A stretch of DNA of 64,000 bases from Gammaproteobacteria bacterium (GCA_013151045.1 JAADIY010000028.1:8335-72334); one strand, 5' to 3'. Shown: positions 29,320 to 40,983, counted from the stretch's first letter. The notes: generated by a model from the sequence alone, not told the origin. Program-made: numbers and translations.

Positions 29320-31284
29320 TTGCCAGGGCAAAACATCCATATCATTGGCATCGACAGCGGCGGCACCTTTACCGATTTCATCTATTACAATGGTAAAACA
29401 TTATGCAGCTGCAAGGTACTCTCAACGCCACAGTCACCAGAACTGGCCATTATCAAAGGTTTAGAACAGCTTAATGCGCCATTAGATCAATGCACAATCG
29501 TTCACGGCTCAACGGTAGCAACCAATGCCGTACTCGAAGGCAAAGGCGCGCGCACTGCCTTCATTACTAATCGTGGCTTTGCTGACATGCTCACTATTGG
29601 CCGCCAGACACGCAGTGAACTCTATGCACTAGAGCCAAAATCACCACCTATACCCGTCGCACCAGAGCTGTGTTTTGAAATTGATGTGCGTATTGATAGT
29701 CATGGCTCTATCATCACTAATTTGGATCAAGCAAAGCTGTCAACACTTAAGCAACAAGTTAACGATGCGCAAGTTGAATCCGTAGCAATAAATCTATTAT
29801 TTTCATTTGTCGACAGTCGCCACGAACAGCTCATCGCCAACGCGCTACCCGATAATATTTTTGTCTCATGTTCGTCTACTGTATTAGCTGAATACAAAGA
29901 ATATGAGCGCGGTATCAGTACCTGGCTCAACGCTTTTGTTGGACCTGTGATAAAACGCTATTTAACACGGCTTGGTGAACACCTACCAACGAGCAAAATT
30001 AGCATTATGCAAAGCACTGGCGGCACTGCTGCCATTGATCATTGTGCTGATCACGGCGCTAAACTATTACTGTCTGGCCCTGCCGGTGGCCTTGCCGCAG
30101 CACGACATATTGCCAAGCAGTGTGGCATCACGCAGTTATTAAGCTTAGATATGGGCGGCACATCAACCGATGTGGCGTTAATTGACCATGACTTACAACT
30201 AACAACCGAAGGGCGTATTGGCGACTATCCTGTCGCCATTGCCATGGTCGATATTCACACCATCGGTGCTGGCGGCGGCTCTATCGCCTGGATAGACGAT
30301 GGCGGCCTGCTACAAGTCGGCCCACAGTCCGCTGGCGCGACACCAGGGCCTGCGTGCTACGGCAATAATAGTCAGTTAGCAACGATTACCGATGCCAACC
30401 TCATTCTGGGTAAATTACCGCGCTCAACCAAACTCGCTGGCGAATTAAGCTTAGATTATTCTGCTGCACAAAGCGCAATCAGTACGCTTGCTGAAAAATT
30501 GAGATTGAGTATCGCAGAGACCGCATCAGGGATTATCGCTATCGCTGAAGAAAATATGGCTAATGCACTGCGACGAATATCGATCCAACGCGGCCACGAT
30601 ACACGCCTCTTTGCACTTAGCTCCTTTGGCGGGTCCGGTGGGCTACACGTTTGCGCCATCGCCGATATGCTTGGCATTCAACACGCCATCATCCCGCGAT
30701 ATGCTGGTGTTCTCTCTGCCTTCGGCATGCTGATAGCACCACGTAAACAACTCTTATCTAGAACCATCATAGGCACTGGCATTGCGACTGACGGCGACAT
30801 CAATAGTGCATTTCAAGACCTGAGCGATCAAGCCACCCTTGATTTAGTCGCGCAAGAGCTAGACGTTCACGACATAAGTCATCAGCTATCCGTCGATATG
30901 CGCTATCAAGGACAGTCATTTACGCTCAATGTCCCTTGGCATAGCTTGCTACAATCCGCTCTACTTTTTGCAGAAAAACATTTACAACGTTATGGCCACA
31001 CACTTGATCATCCAGTGGAATTAGTCACCATACGTCTTAGCGCAAGCGGCCCCGAACCACTCATCAATGCCATGCCCTCAGGCATCAACGCTTCTGCCGC
31101 AACACCCACCACAAGCGAAGACAACACTCCCATCTACCAACGACACGATATTGCACCTGACGCTATAGTCACCGGGCCAGCTATTATTTGTGAGGAAATC
31201 ACGACAAGCTATATCGCAGAAAACTGGCAAGCTCAAATTGATCAATACCATAATTTGCGCCTTGAACGACTTGCTCTAAATTAA
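29320..31284 (+). CDS. hydantoinase/oxoprolinase A-family protein
   Basis: 654 aa; N-terminal IGIDSGGTFTD; probable TTG start. Confidence 0.7.
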   Translation: MPGQNIHIIGIDSGGTFTDFIYYNGKTLCSCKVLSTPQSPELAIIKGLEQLNAPLDQCTIVHGSTVATNAVLEGKGARTAFITNRGFADMLTIGRQTRSELYALEPKSPPIPVAPELCFEIDVRIDSHGSIITNLDQAKLSTLKQQVNDAQVESVAINLLFSFVDSRHEQLIANALPDNIFVSCSSTVLAEYKEYERGISTWLNAFVGPVIKRYLTRLGEHLPTSKISIMQSTGGTAAIDHCADHGAKLLLSGPAGGLAAARHIAKQCGITQLLSLDMGGTSTDVALIDHDLQLTTEGRIGDYPVAIAMVDIHTIGAGGGSIAWIDDGGLLQVGPQSAGATPGPACYGNNSQLATITDANLILGKLPRSTKLAGELSLDYSAAQSAISTLAEKLRLSIAETASGIIAIAEENMANALRRISIQRGHDTRLFALSSFGGSGGLHVCAIADMLGIQHAIIPRYAGVLSAFGMLIAPRKQLLSRTIIGTGIATDGDINSAFQDLSDQATLDLVAQELDVHDISHQLSVDMRYQGQSFTLNVPWHSLLQSALLFAEKHLQRYGHTLDHPVELVTIRLSASGPEPLINAMPSGINASAATPTTSEDNTPIYQRHDIAPDAIVTGPAIICEEITTSYIAENWQAQIDQYHNLRLERLALN

Positions 31285-31296
31285 GGATGGCGGCGT

Positions 31297-33924
31297 TTAG
31301 TTTGCCGCTCTAGCATCTGGCAATTTAAGTGGTACTAGACTACTCGAACCTATAGCACTGCCCAAACTTGTTGCTGATGCTGTCGCAGCAAAGTTAAAAC
31401 TTGCGATAAAACCGTCTAACTCTATTTGGTCACCCTCATTGACCACCAAGGCCAATAGCTCATCTACGCTGCCAAACGCGCCACAGGCTTCACCGGCATC
31501 ACAAACCCTACCGTCATTGTCATGATCACTAGTCGTAATGATAAAGTATCGACCTGGCTCTACACTATCAAATCTAAACTGGTAGCCACCCGCATCAACA
31601 TCTAAGCTAACAACTTGCTCTATGACTAATGTGCTATCTGCGTTGATAGAGACCAACAAAACATGTTGCCGGCCTACGTCTGCCGTTGCCGATTGACCAG
31701 TTTGTAGCACTTGCAAACTAACAGGGAGATCAACATTGCCTGCGTTAGAAGTTAAAGAAATTATTGCTGAATAACTACCCGGCTCAGCAATTAGAGCATG
31801 ATTACGATCAACTGTTACGGTATAAACACCTTCACCGCTACCGCCCGGGGCACTGATACTTAACCATCCTCCCGAATTTTCGCTAGGTGTATCAACACTT
31901 AAATTGCCACCGCCGACATTAATCACATCAAATCGCAATTGATCAGCATTTAAGCCAAAGCTCAGTCCACTAGGCGCTGCTGATAATAACGGCGTGGTCA
32001 GCGACATACCCTGCGCCGCCAATACAGCACGGTTAGCATTGATCAACCCATTACCAAAACGGTCATCGCGGCCCACTGCACCTAGATCATCACTTAACTG
32101 CCCAGCGCTTAATAAGGCATCAAACTGATTTGGCGTTAAGCTTGGCGCAACAGATTTCATCAAAGCCGCCACAGCAGAAACATGAGGCGTTGCCATTGAC
32201 GTTCCGATTAAATAACCAAAGGTATTCGTTATCGTTCCTGATTCGTTATTACCGACTGTGCTAAATACACCATCTATAATACCGTCACCATCATCGTCAC
32301 TCGCCTCACCACCCGGCGCCGCAACATCGATCGTATTACCAAAATTGGAATAACTAGCCAGGTCTCTAGTCAGGCCTACCGCGCTGACAGAGACAACGCC
32401 ATTATTTGCCGCGGGAAATGTCGGCGCTGCGCTTGCGCCATTACCCGCAGCAGCAACCACTATTGCGCCTTGCGCTCTTGCATCATCAGTACAGTCTTGT
32501 AAAAACTGTGAAAATGTTGAGCCACCCAAACTCATATTAATGACATCGGCACTATTCGCTGGCAAAGTATTAGACACATTAGGTAAGCGAACTGCGAAAC
32601 GTAAACCTTCACATATATCAACGAGCGACCCTCCGCCAACACCTAACACTCTAACGGGCATTGCTTGTATATTTGAGAAAAATGCGGCGCCAGCAACCCC
32701 CTCATTATTATTACTCACCGCTGCTACAGTGCCGAGCACATGGCTACCATGAAAAGTGCTTGGTCTGTTAGGGTTGTCGCCAGGATCACTGGGATCAGCA
32801 TCAATACCATCATCATCTCGGGCACTGTCTTGATTCGATATAAAATCAAAACCAGGCAATAAATTAGCGCTAAGATCAGGATGATCAAGGAGAACACCTG
32901 TATCTAACACGGCGACAATAGCGCCACTACCACCCACCGCCTGATCAAGCGCTGATGGCAGACTTATTAATGAATAGTGCCATTGACGATTAAAGAAGGG
33001 GTCATTCGGTATCGCAAAATGCGTATAATTGTAGTTAGGCTCTGCCAAAACAACAGCATCATGATTTTGCATCGCCGCTATCATTGCTAATGTCATGGCG
33101 CTGTCATACATCGATTCATCGATATGCGTAGCATCCATAGCAGAAATCGACATCGCCTCAGCGGCTTTAGCCATATCATCGATCACTACGCGTGCGTAGT
33201 TATCATGCGCCATTGTCGCCATAGTCATGCCCATACTGCCCATTTCACTCGACATCGCTGAATACGACTTCTTGCTTGTATCAAGCTGAATAAGCATCTC
33301 AGATGCTGCAAAATCACTTTTCAAACGCAAACTGCTTGATGACAATATTACTGAGCAAGGCAATGATGTCACTGACAAAGTATAGTTGGCTGCGCCTTGC
33401 AGAATATTGGCACGAACAAAATGTTTGCCCGCACTATTATTTTCAACGCACTCGACTCCTCCTACAGACAGTGACTGATCGACTATCATTTGATTTTCAT
33501 CAAATAAAGTGAGGTCGATATTTGTCATAACGGCAAGAGATGCTTGAACGAGATTAATGCTTTGACCTGGCTGCAAATCGATCTCATAAAAGTCCTGATC
33601 ATCACCTGCACTAAACGAGCGGCCAAATCGACCTTGCCCCGCTTGGTTTAAATAACCACCCAGCGTCGTCAAATTACTCATTAACTGCGCATTTACGAAA
33701 TCATCATTACTAGAAAAAAATGCGGAAGGGTCATTAACATCGCTATCGCTGGCAGAATTAATCGCTGCTAAAATGACTCCACTAACACTACTATTTTGAA
33801 TAACTACTGGCGCTGAGATGCTTTGACTACTACTGCCACCACCGCCGCCACAAGCAAATAGCGATGCACTTATTGCCGCAAGCAATAAAAACTTTAGTTT
33901 CGTTTGTATAAAAAGGCGCACCAA
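31297..33924 (-). CDS. secreted subtilisin-like serine protease (peptidase S8) lipoprotein with C-terminal pre-peptidase domains
   Basis: 875 aa; lipobox LFACGG; S8 triad regions (VLDTGV; HGSHVLGTVAA; GTSMATPHVSAVAAL). Confidence 0.8.
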   Translation of the reverse strand: MVRLFIQTKLKFLLLAAISASLFACGGGGGSSSQSISAPVVIQNSSVSGVILAAINSASDSDVNDPSAFFSSNDDFVNAQLMSNLTTLGGYLNQAGQGRFGRSFSAGDDQDFYEIDLQPGQSINLVQASLAVMTNIDLTLFDENQMIVDQSLSVGGVECVENNSAGKHFVRANILQGAANYTLSVTSLPCSVILSSSSLRLKSDFAASEMLIQLDTSKKSYSAMSSEMGSMGMTMATMAHDNYARVVIDDMAKAAEAMSISAMDATHIDESMYDSAMTLAMIAAMQNHDAVVLAEPNYNYTHFAIPNDPFFNRQWHYSLISLPSALDQAVGGSGAIVAVLDTGVLLDHPDLSANLLPGFDFISNQDSARDDDGIDADPSDPGDNPNRPSTFHGSHVLGTVAAVSNNNEGVAGAAFFSNIQAMPVRVLGVGGGSLVDICEGLRFAVRLPNVSNTLPANSADVINMSLGGSTFSQFLQDCTDDARAQGAIVVAAAGNGASAAPTFPAANNGVVSVSAVGLTRDLASYSNFGNTIDVAAPGGEASDDDGDGIIDGVFSTVGNNESGTITNTFGYLIGTSMATPHVSAVAALMKSVAPSLTPNQFDALLSAGQLSDDLGAVGRDDRFGNGLINANRAVLAAQGMSLTTPLLSAAPSGLSFGLNADQLRFDVINVGGGNLSVDTPSENSGGWLSISAPGGSGEGVYTVTVDRNHALIAEPGSYSAIISLTSNAGNVDLPVSLQVLQTGQSATADVGRQHVLLVSINADSTLVIEQVVSLDVDAGGYQFRFDSVEPGRYFIITTSDHDNDGRVCDAGEACGAFGSVDELLALVVNEGDQIELDGFIASFNFAATASATSLGSAIGSSSLVPLKLPDARAAN

Positions 33925-34688
33925 TCTTCCTTAAGTCATTATTTGCGATGATTACAAGTTCATCGCCATCAAAAATATAACGCCACTAGCCATCGAAACA
34001 GTGGAGCTGTGCTCTTCTTTATAACACTTAATACTTAAAAAGTTATAACAACCATTATTTACTTTTAAATTATTAAAAATCGCTTAGCGAAAAAATCGTT
34101 GTCTATGGTGTGCACCGCAGAGGACGCTTAAGCTGACAAACACTTGACGGCGGCATCATCGACATTACTCAACAATACAGAAGGCCGAAACCTGCCATCT
34201 ACGATTAGTCTTGACGTAGTTGAAGATGCTCACCGCCAATTCACAACTGAGACACGTGAATTCCAATCTAATGGCGCACCACCTGCTTTCCCTACCCTAC
34301 AATCAGGTTCTGTAAAGAATTTTGGCTAGCTAACTCTCTCGAAGCCACGTATCGACTTGCTCGTTTAACGAAGACGAAATAGCCCTATTAGAACTCGTTG
34401 CCGCACAAGGCACCGGCGCAACTAGTGCCTATCCCACCACTACATGGTGAAACCGATGGCTTCATCGACTTGTCGCGCAGTGACAATGGCGAATACCTCT
34501 ATCCACTACTAGGATTAAGCGGCAGTCTTAACGTTTACAAAACCAGCGATAATGATGCCCTTGAACTAATTCAAGAAGTACGCGGCAATCTGCCCGAACA
34601 AGATACGCAAGGCATTGCCGCTTTTTAAGTTCTATTTATACTGGAGACAGTACGGATCACCACAAGCGTCCCGTACCTAATTTAATCG

Positions 34689-36041
34689 CTACAGCAAAAA
34701 GGCGGTAGCCAACCCAAGAAAAACTAGAAAACCGATAATATCGGTGACCGTAGTCAGCAATACGCTACCACCCAAAGCGGGGTCACTACCGACTCGACGC
34801 ATGAGCAAAGGTATAGCAACTCCGGCAAAGGCTGCGACAATGAGATTGATAACCAAAGCAATAGCGATGATTATGCCGATTTGATAATCATCAAACCAAA
34901 ACAGCACAATTACAGTAACAACCGCTGCCCAGAGCAAACCATTAAGCACACCAACTGCCATTTCCTTGCGCAATAATCGCCAGGAGTTAGTCGAACCCAC
35001 TTGGTCTAGTGCTAGCCCCCTAATGACTAAGGTCAAAGTCTGGCTACCAGCAATACCACCCATACTGGCAACAATTGGCATTAATACCGCCAGCGCGACT
35101 ATTTTTTCGATGGTGCCATCGAACACGGCAATCACCGCTGATGCAGCAAAAGCTGTAACAAGATTGGCGCCAAGCCACACTGCGCGGCGACCAGCACTTG
35201 TCCATATTGGCGAAAACAAATCTTCTTCTTCGTGCAGACCGGCCATACTCGTTAACGATTGACCACCTTGCTCACGAATGACATCAACGATATCATCAAT
35301 AGTGATGCGACCTAATAGTCGATTGTGATCATCAACAACTGGCGCCGACAAAATATCATGGCGCGCAAAAAGGTTGGCAATATCGCTTTCTGGCATGGCA
35401 ACATTAATAGCATCAAAATCACTAATCATCGCCTCAGCAACCGTGGTGTCAGCACGCAGTGTGACAATATCGGCAATGCGCAATACACCTAAATAAGTGT
35501 CATCGCGATCGACAACAAAAAGCTTATCAGTAGACTCTGGTAATTCGCCACGTAAACGCAAATAACGTAACACGACATCAAGACTGACATCTGGACGCAC
35601 GGTAATGGCGTCCGTATTCATCAAACCGCCAGCAGTGTCTTCTGGGTAAGACATTACCTGTTCAACACGCTCGCGGTCTTGTCGATCCATGGTCTCAAGA
35701 ATCTCGCGACTATCTTGATCAGACAAACTTTGTAAGATGTCTGCAATATCGTCAGTGTCGAGACCTTCTGTCGCCGATATTAGCTGAGGCAAACCCATTC
35801 GACGTATCAGACTGGTGCGCACATCATCATGCAAATGTGACAACACCGCACCACGTATATCAGCCGCTGGCCACTGCCAAACAATTTCTCTATCGCCACT
35901 CGGCAAACTTTCTATGACATGGGCAATTTCAGCAGGATGCAAATCAGCCAGCACTGCGCGCGCTTGATCATGAGCATCATTTTGCAGATAGCCCATAAAC
36001 TCTTGTAGTTGTTCTTTAAATTCCTGTTTTTCGCCTGACAT
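34689..36041 (-). CDS. mgtE: magnesium transporter
   Basis: 450 aa; MgtE N-domain, tandem CBS, 5 C-terminal TM. Confidence 0.85.
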   Translation of the reverse strand: MSGEKQEFKEQLQEFMGYLQNDAHDQARAVLADLHPAEIAHVIESLPSGDREIVWQWPAADIRGAVLSHLHDDVRTSLIRRMGLPQLISATEGLDTDDIADILQSLSDQDSREILETMDRQDRERVEQVMSYPEDTAGGLMNTDAITVRPDVSLDVVLRYLRLRGELPESTDKLFVVDRDDTYLGVLRIADIVTLRADTTVAEAMISDFDAINVAMPESDIANLFARHDILSAPVVDDHNRLLGRITIDDIVDVIREQGGQSLTSMAGLHEEEDLFSPIWTSAGRRAVWLGANLVTAFAASAVIAVFDGTIEKIVALAVLMPIVASMGGIAGSQTLTLVIRGLALDQVGSTNSWRLLRKEMAVGVLNGLLWAAVVTVIVLFWFDDYQIGIIIAIALVINLIVAAFAGVAIPLLMRRVGSDPALGGSVLLTTVTDIIGFLVFLGLATAFLL

Positions 36042-36203
36042 CAGTCATCGTGCCACAAATCGGATAAATCTTTCTGAGTGTAGGCAATATTTGTGAAGAA
36101 AAAAACCCTAATCCGAAAATGATTCCTAGCAACGATGCTCGGAAACGATTAAAGGTAACGTCACATTAAATGACACAAACAAGCCGATTAACAATCATGC
36201 TAG

Positions 36204-37946
36204 CTAGATATCTTGATTGATACGGTCTAATAATTCTTCTATTTCATTACTGGTGCCCGCACGATGCACACTATGCATGAGTGCTGAAAGCTCAGAGACC
36301 GAGCTATTGACGATAACACGACGCACATCCAAGCAAGCACGTGGATTCATGCTAAATATACGCAAACCCATACCTAACAATAAGCGCACATAACGCACAT
36401 CACCGGCCATTTCGCCACACATGGTTACCGGTATTCCTGCGCTAAAGCCAGCCTTAATAGTCATGCCAATAAGCTTGAGTACAGCAGGATGTGCGGGTTT
36501 ATAGAGGTGGTTAACGTCTTCGTCGAGGCGATCAGCGGCTAGGGTATATTGAATCAGGTCATTGGTACCAATCGACAAAAAATCAAGGTGGCGGGCAAAG
36601 GCATCGGCATCTAAGGCTGCTGCGGGCACCTCTATCATTCCACCTATAGGAATATCGTCGTCGAAAGGAACATTTGCTTGCCTTAATTCTCGTTTAACAT
36701 CTTCGATAAATTGCATCGCCTGATGAAATTCTTCAACGTTGGTCAACATCGGCAACATGATACGAAGCTTACCGTATACCGACGCGCGCATAATCGCTCG
36801 TAACTGTGGGTAGAATAAAGACGGATCTTGCAAACACAAACGTATTGCCCGCAAACCTAAGGCTGGATTCGTTGCAATAGCACCGCCACGGCCGACACCA
36901 TCTACTTGCTTATCGGCACCAAGATCAAGTGTTCTTATTGTTACTGGCGTTCCTTTCGCGCATTCAACAATACGCCGATAGGCCTGATACTGCGCTTCTT
37001 CAGTAGGTACGCCATTATTCATCATGAACAACATTTCGGTACGATAAAGGCCAATACCATCACTGCCCGCCGCATGCATTAAGTCTATATCTTCACTAGT
37101 CTCGACATTAGCTAATAACTCAATATTGACACCATCTAATGTCACGGCTGAACGATCTTTTAAAGCATCCAGACGAGCTCGCTGCCTTAAAGAAATTTGT
37201 TGACGTCTTTCAATGTGTTGTAACAAAGCCTCGTCACAGTCCGCCAAAACCATGCCGCGCTCACTATCTAAGGCCACCGTTTCGTTATGGTAGATATAAC
37301 GACGCAAACGATGCACACCCACTACCGCAGGGATACCTAAACTTCGCGCCAAAATTGCAGTATGTGAGTTAACACCGCCGTGCTCACTAACGAACCCAGC
37401 CACACCCTGAGATTTAAATAATATAATTTCAGCGGGTGTCACATCTTCGGCAATGACGACTCGACCAGCTAATGATACTTCTTCACTCTCCAAGCACTTC
37501 GCTTGCGGATCACTTAATAATCTTTGTACGCGATTCACAACATGATCAACATCATCGCGGCGAGTGCGTAGATAAGGATCATCCATCTCTTCAAATACTG
37601 TCACCAATGCATCGCGTTGATACTTTAGAGACCATTCGGCATTCCATTGGTGTTCGCGAATATAATCTATCGGCACCTTAGATAAGGCGCTGTCTTCTAA
37701 CATGAGCAAATGCGTTTCTATAAAAGCTGAAATTTCTGAAGGCGCTGATGCAGGAATATGCTCTCTTACCGTATCAAGCTGTTTCTTCGCACTGGCAAGC
37801 GCAAGCTCATAACGCGCCACTTCATCTTCGATATATTGCTGAGGAATATTGTACTCCACCACTTCTGGCTGAATACTATGAAATATATGCGCACGGCCAA
37901 TGACCAAACCACGGGTAACACCTATTCCTGTTAAAGCCGTTGTCAT
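36204..37946 (-). CDS. ptsI: phosphoenolpyruvate-protein phosphotransferase (PTS enzyme I; no GAF domain)
   Basis: 580 aa; EI N-terminal, PEP-utilizing and TIM-barrel motifs. Confidence 0.8.
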   Translation of the reverse strand: MTTALTGIGVTRGLVIGRAHIFHSIQPEVVEYNIPQQYIEDEVARYELALASAKKQLDTVREHIPASAPSEISAFIETHLLMLEDSALSKVPIDYIREHQWNAEWSLKYQRDALVTVFEEMDDPYLRTRRDDVDHVVNRVQRLLSDPQAKCLESEEVSLAGRVVIAEDVTPAEIILFKSQGVAGFVSEHGGVNSHTAILARSLGIPAVVGVHRLRRYIYHNETVALDSERGMVLADCDEALLQHIERRQQISLRQRARLDALKDRSAVTLDGVNIELLANVETSEDIDLMHAAGSDGIGLYRTEMLFMMNNGVPTEEAQYQAYRRIVECAKGTPVTIRTLDLGADKQVDGVGRGGAIATNPALGLRAIRLCLQDPSLFYPQLRAIMRASVYGKLRIMLPMLTNVEEFHQAMQFIEDVKRELRQANVPFDDDIPIGGMIEVPAAALDADAFARHLDFLSIGTNDLIQYTLAADRLDEDVNHLYKPAHPAVLKLIGMTIKAGFSAGIPVTMCGEMAGDVRYVRLLLGMGLRIFSMNPRACLDVRRVIVNSSVSELSALMHSVHRAGTSNEIEELLDRINQDI

Positions 37947-37983
37947 TGTAGGCTCAAACTAAAATAGTTTGCCCACGACAACA

Positions 37984-38262
37984 TCATAATAAGCCTTCTT
38001 CAAAACCTGACCCAAAAAACTCAACCAAGCTCTCCAATGCTTGCTCTTCATCTTCACCATCTGCCACTAATTCAAGTATGGTTCCCTTACTCGCAGCAAG
38101 CATCATGACGCCCATAATACTCTTACCATTAACACAATGAGAATCGCGCACAAGTTGAATTGTACATTGAAAACTCGAAGCTAACTTCACTAGCTTAGCC
38201 GCAGCACGCGCATGCAACCCTAATTTGTTGACCACCAATACTTCCTTATTTTGCATGACCAT
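37984..38262 (-). CDS. HPr/NPr phosphocarrier protein
   Basis: About 92 aa from MVMQNKEV; His15 context GLHARAAA, Ser46 context GKSIMGVM. Confidence 0.7.
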   Translation of the reverse strand: MVMQNKEVLVVNKLGLHARAAAKLVKLASSFQCTIQLVRDSHCVNGKSIMGVMMLAASKGTILELVADGEDEEQALESLVEFFGSGFEEGLL

Positions 38263-38662
38263 CTTCCTTAATATTCGGCGGATAAGAGAACACACCATCA
38301 CGCCCACCCGCTATCGCTTTAGCAGCGACTTTTTGCAAATCATCTTTAGGATAATTGAATACCCTTATCAACATAGGCAAATTAACGCCAAACACCACTG
38401 AAACTTTGTTTGGCTCGTAAAGCTGGGTAGCAATATTACTCGGCGTGCTGCCATAAAGATCACTTAACACCAAGACACCCGAGCCTTGATCTAATTCGCC
38501 AATTTTTATTTTTATCTCATCAATTAATTGCAAAGGCACTGTATCGTGTTTAACAGAGACTTCTTCTATGCTGCCCGCGTAGTCACCACAAATAGACCTT
38601 GCCGCGGCGAGCAAACCACTACCGACATACTCATGGTTAATTAACAATACGCCGACGCTCAC
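38246..38662 (-). CDS. PTS EIIA, mannose/fructose family
   Basis: 138 aa; EIIA-Man fold motifs. Confidence 0.6.
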   Translation of the reverse strand: MSVGVLLINHEYVGSGLLAAARSICGDYAGSIEEVSVKHDTVPLQLIDEIKIKIGELDQGSGVLVLSDLYGSTPSNIATQLYEPNKVSVVFGVNLPMLIRVFNYPKDDLQKVAAKAIAGGRDGVFSYPPNIKEDGHAK

Positions 38663-39519
38663 ATTAACTCCCTATGCCTAAGCAATAAACTAGGGTAATC
38701 TTGTTTTAGGCTTTGTGCTATTTGCTCTACCAAGTAAACAGATCGATGCTGACCACCAGTACAACCAATCGCAACAGTTAAATAGCTGCGATTTTCCATC
38801 TCATAACGTGGCAACCATGTTGTCAAATATTGCTTAATATCATTAAGCATAGCGACGACGTCATCTTGTCTTGATAAAAATAGCTGCACATCTTCATCTT
38901 GACCAGTTTGGCTACGCAATTGCGGATCCCAATGTGGGTTAGGCAAGCATCGTACGTCAAAGACAAAATTGGCATCAACTGGCACACCATTTTTAAAACC
39001 AAAGGATGTCAATAAAATGGACAAACCATCGCTGCTTTTTTTGCCCATTCTCTGCGCCAGCAATTCACGTAACTGATGAACGTTTGAATGCGTGGTATCG
39101 ATACGCAGGCCGGCAAATTCCGAGATCAACGCGAGCAGTGATGCCTCTTCATCAATCGCCTCGGCCAGCGAAGTGTTTTCATTAGTTAAGGGGTGTTTGC
39201 GACGCGTCTCACTAAAGCGTTTAATCAGCGTTTCTTTTTTTGCATCAAGAAACAAAATTTCAACAGGCACCCCAAGCTCACGGATTCTTTCTAATACATT
39301 TGAAAAATCACGAATATCTTGCACCATATTACGCGCATCAATAGCCACTGCACTTAATCGATTATTTGCACCCTTACTCGCACGCAACATCTGTTTTGCA
39401 AAATCGGGCAGCAATCCAGCTGGCAAATTATCAATACAATAATACCCAAGATCCTCGAAAGTACCCAGCGCTACACTTTTTCCTGAACCGGAAAGACCAC
39501 TGACAATAATAAGTTTCAT
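38659..39519 (-). CDS. rapZ: RNase adapter protein RapZ
   Basis: 286 aa; Walker A GLSGSGKS; YhbJ family. Confidence 0.85.
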   Translation of the reverse strand: MKLIIVSGLSGSGKSVALGTFEDLGYYCIDNLPAGLLPDFAKQMLRASKGANNRLSAVAIDARNMVQDIRDFSNVLERIRELGVPVEILFLDAKKETLIKRFSETRRKHPLTNENTSLAEAIDEEASLLALISEFAGLRIDTTHSNVHQLRELLAQRMGKKSSDGLSILLTSFGFKNGVPVDANFVFDVRCLPNPHWDPQLRSQTGQDEDVQLFLSRQDDVVAMLNDIKQYLTTWLPRYEMENRSYLTVAIGCTGGQHRSVYLVEQIAQSLKQDYPSLLLRHRELM

Positions 39520-40472
39520 TCTTTATCTTGTATGTTAAGTTCTGCACCATACTTACCAACAAAGTCATCTGCAGCGTTATAACCTCTGTAAACTAAAACA
39601 TGATTTCTAACCGCCGCTTCCACTAAAACAGCAAGGTTACGACCCGCGGCAACAGGCAATATTATTTGCTCCATTTCAATGTTCAAAATATCGATGGTCT
39701 GATGACTACCATGCAAACGATCCACATTAGCTAACCGCTCATCATCAAAATTTTCAATATGAATCACTAAACGTAGCTGCTTAGTTTTTTTAACAGCACT
39801 ATCACCAAACATAGCGCGAATATTAAGCACACCCAAACCACGCACTTCAATAAAATCTCGCAACGGTGGCGGACAACTACCCTTGATCATATTGAGGCCT
39901 GACCTCATGAATAATGGCGCATCATCTGCAACTAGGCGATGCCCTCTGCTAACCAACTCAAGCGCCAGTTCACTTTTCCCTATACCGCTGGGCCCGGTCA
40001 ACAATACACCGATGCCTAAAACTTCCATGAATACGCCGTGCATGACCACATGCTCAGAAACCAACTGGGTTAAATAATAACGCAGGTGATCAACAACTCT
40101 ATGACTACCTGCGCTAGACCTAAATAATGGTGTTTGAGTATTCCGTGCTCGCATCTCCAATACATCGGGGCAATCGATACCTTCTGCTAAAATAATCGCT
40201 GCCGGCTGAATCGAAAAGAGTCTCGCCATGGTGTCAGAATAAGAATTTTTGCCTAAACTCTCGAGAAACTCTACCTCACTTGCACCAATCACTTGCACGC
40301 GGTTAGGTTTGATAACATTTAAAAAGCCAACCAATGGCAGCACATTGTCATCATCCATAACGGCATCTTGAAGAATGGCATGGTCAGCACCCTCCTCACC
40401 AGTCACCCAAGACAACATTAACGTTTTTTTATGCTGCCTAAAAAGTGTACCGACTGTGATCGGGCTGGTCAT
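39516..40472 (-). CDS. hprK: HPr kinase/phosphorylase
   Basis: 318 aa; GPSGIGKSELALELVSRGHRLVADD. Confidence 0.8.
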   Translation of the reverse strand: MTSPITVGTLFRQHKKTLMLSWVTGEEGADHAILQDAVMDDDNVLPLVGFLNVIKPNRVQVIGASEVEFLESLGKNSYSDTMARLFSIQPAAIILAEGIDCPDVLEMRARNTQTPLFRSSAGSHRVVDHLRYYLTQLVSEHVVMHGVFMEVLGIGVLLTGPSGIGKSELALELVSRGHRLVADDAPLFMRSGLNMIKGSCPPPLRDFIEVRGLGVLNIRAMFGDSAVKKTKQLRLVIHIENFDDERLANVDRLHGSHQTIDILNIEMEQIILPVAAGRNLAVLVEAAVRNHVLVYRGYNAADDFVGKYGAELNIQDKE

Positions 40473-40474
40473 AT

Positions 40475-40954
40475 TTATTCTATGACTGCAGAATCATCTT
40501 TCTTGGTTTGAGACAAAAGCTCATAAAGCTCTTCACTGCTAGAGGCGAGCCGTAAACGTTCACGCATTGCCGGGTTACTAAACATTTTAGCTAATTGCGC
40601 TAAGAGTTGAAGATGATCGTCATTCGAATCTTTCGGTACGAGCAAGGCAAACATATAAGCAACCGGCTCGTTATCAATAGCATCAAAATCAACGCCTTTT
40701 TCAAGGCGCATAAATGCTGACACAGCATGATCTAATTTACCCAAACGGCCATGGGGTATTGCTACGCCATGGCCTATACCGGTACTACCCAGCCGCTCAC
40801 GCGCAACAAGGCTATCAAACACCTCAGTGGCTACCAGCTTATCTTCATTGCTAGCAACAAGACTACTGAGCCGTTCTAACGCGCACTTTTTACTGGTCGC
40901 CTGCGCATTAGAAACGATGCGCTCTGGCGAAATGGTATCAGCAATATGGATCAC
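40475..40954 (-). CDS. ptsN: PTS EIIA-Ntr
   Basis: 159 aa; GIGHGVAIPHGR. Confidence 0.8.
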   Translation of the reverse strand: MIHIADTISPERIVSNAQATSKKCALERLSSLVASNEDKLVATEVFDSLVARERLGSTGIGHGVAIPHGRLGKLDHAVSAFMRLEKGVDFDAIDNEPVAYMFALLVPKDSNDDHLQLLAQLAKMFSNPAMRERLRLASSSEELYELLSQTKKDDSAVIE

Positions 40955-40983
40955 TGTTTGGACTCCAACCTACTCTATTTTAG

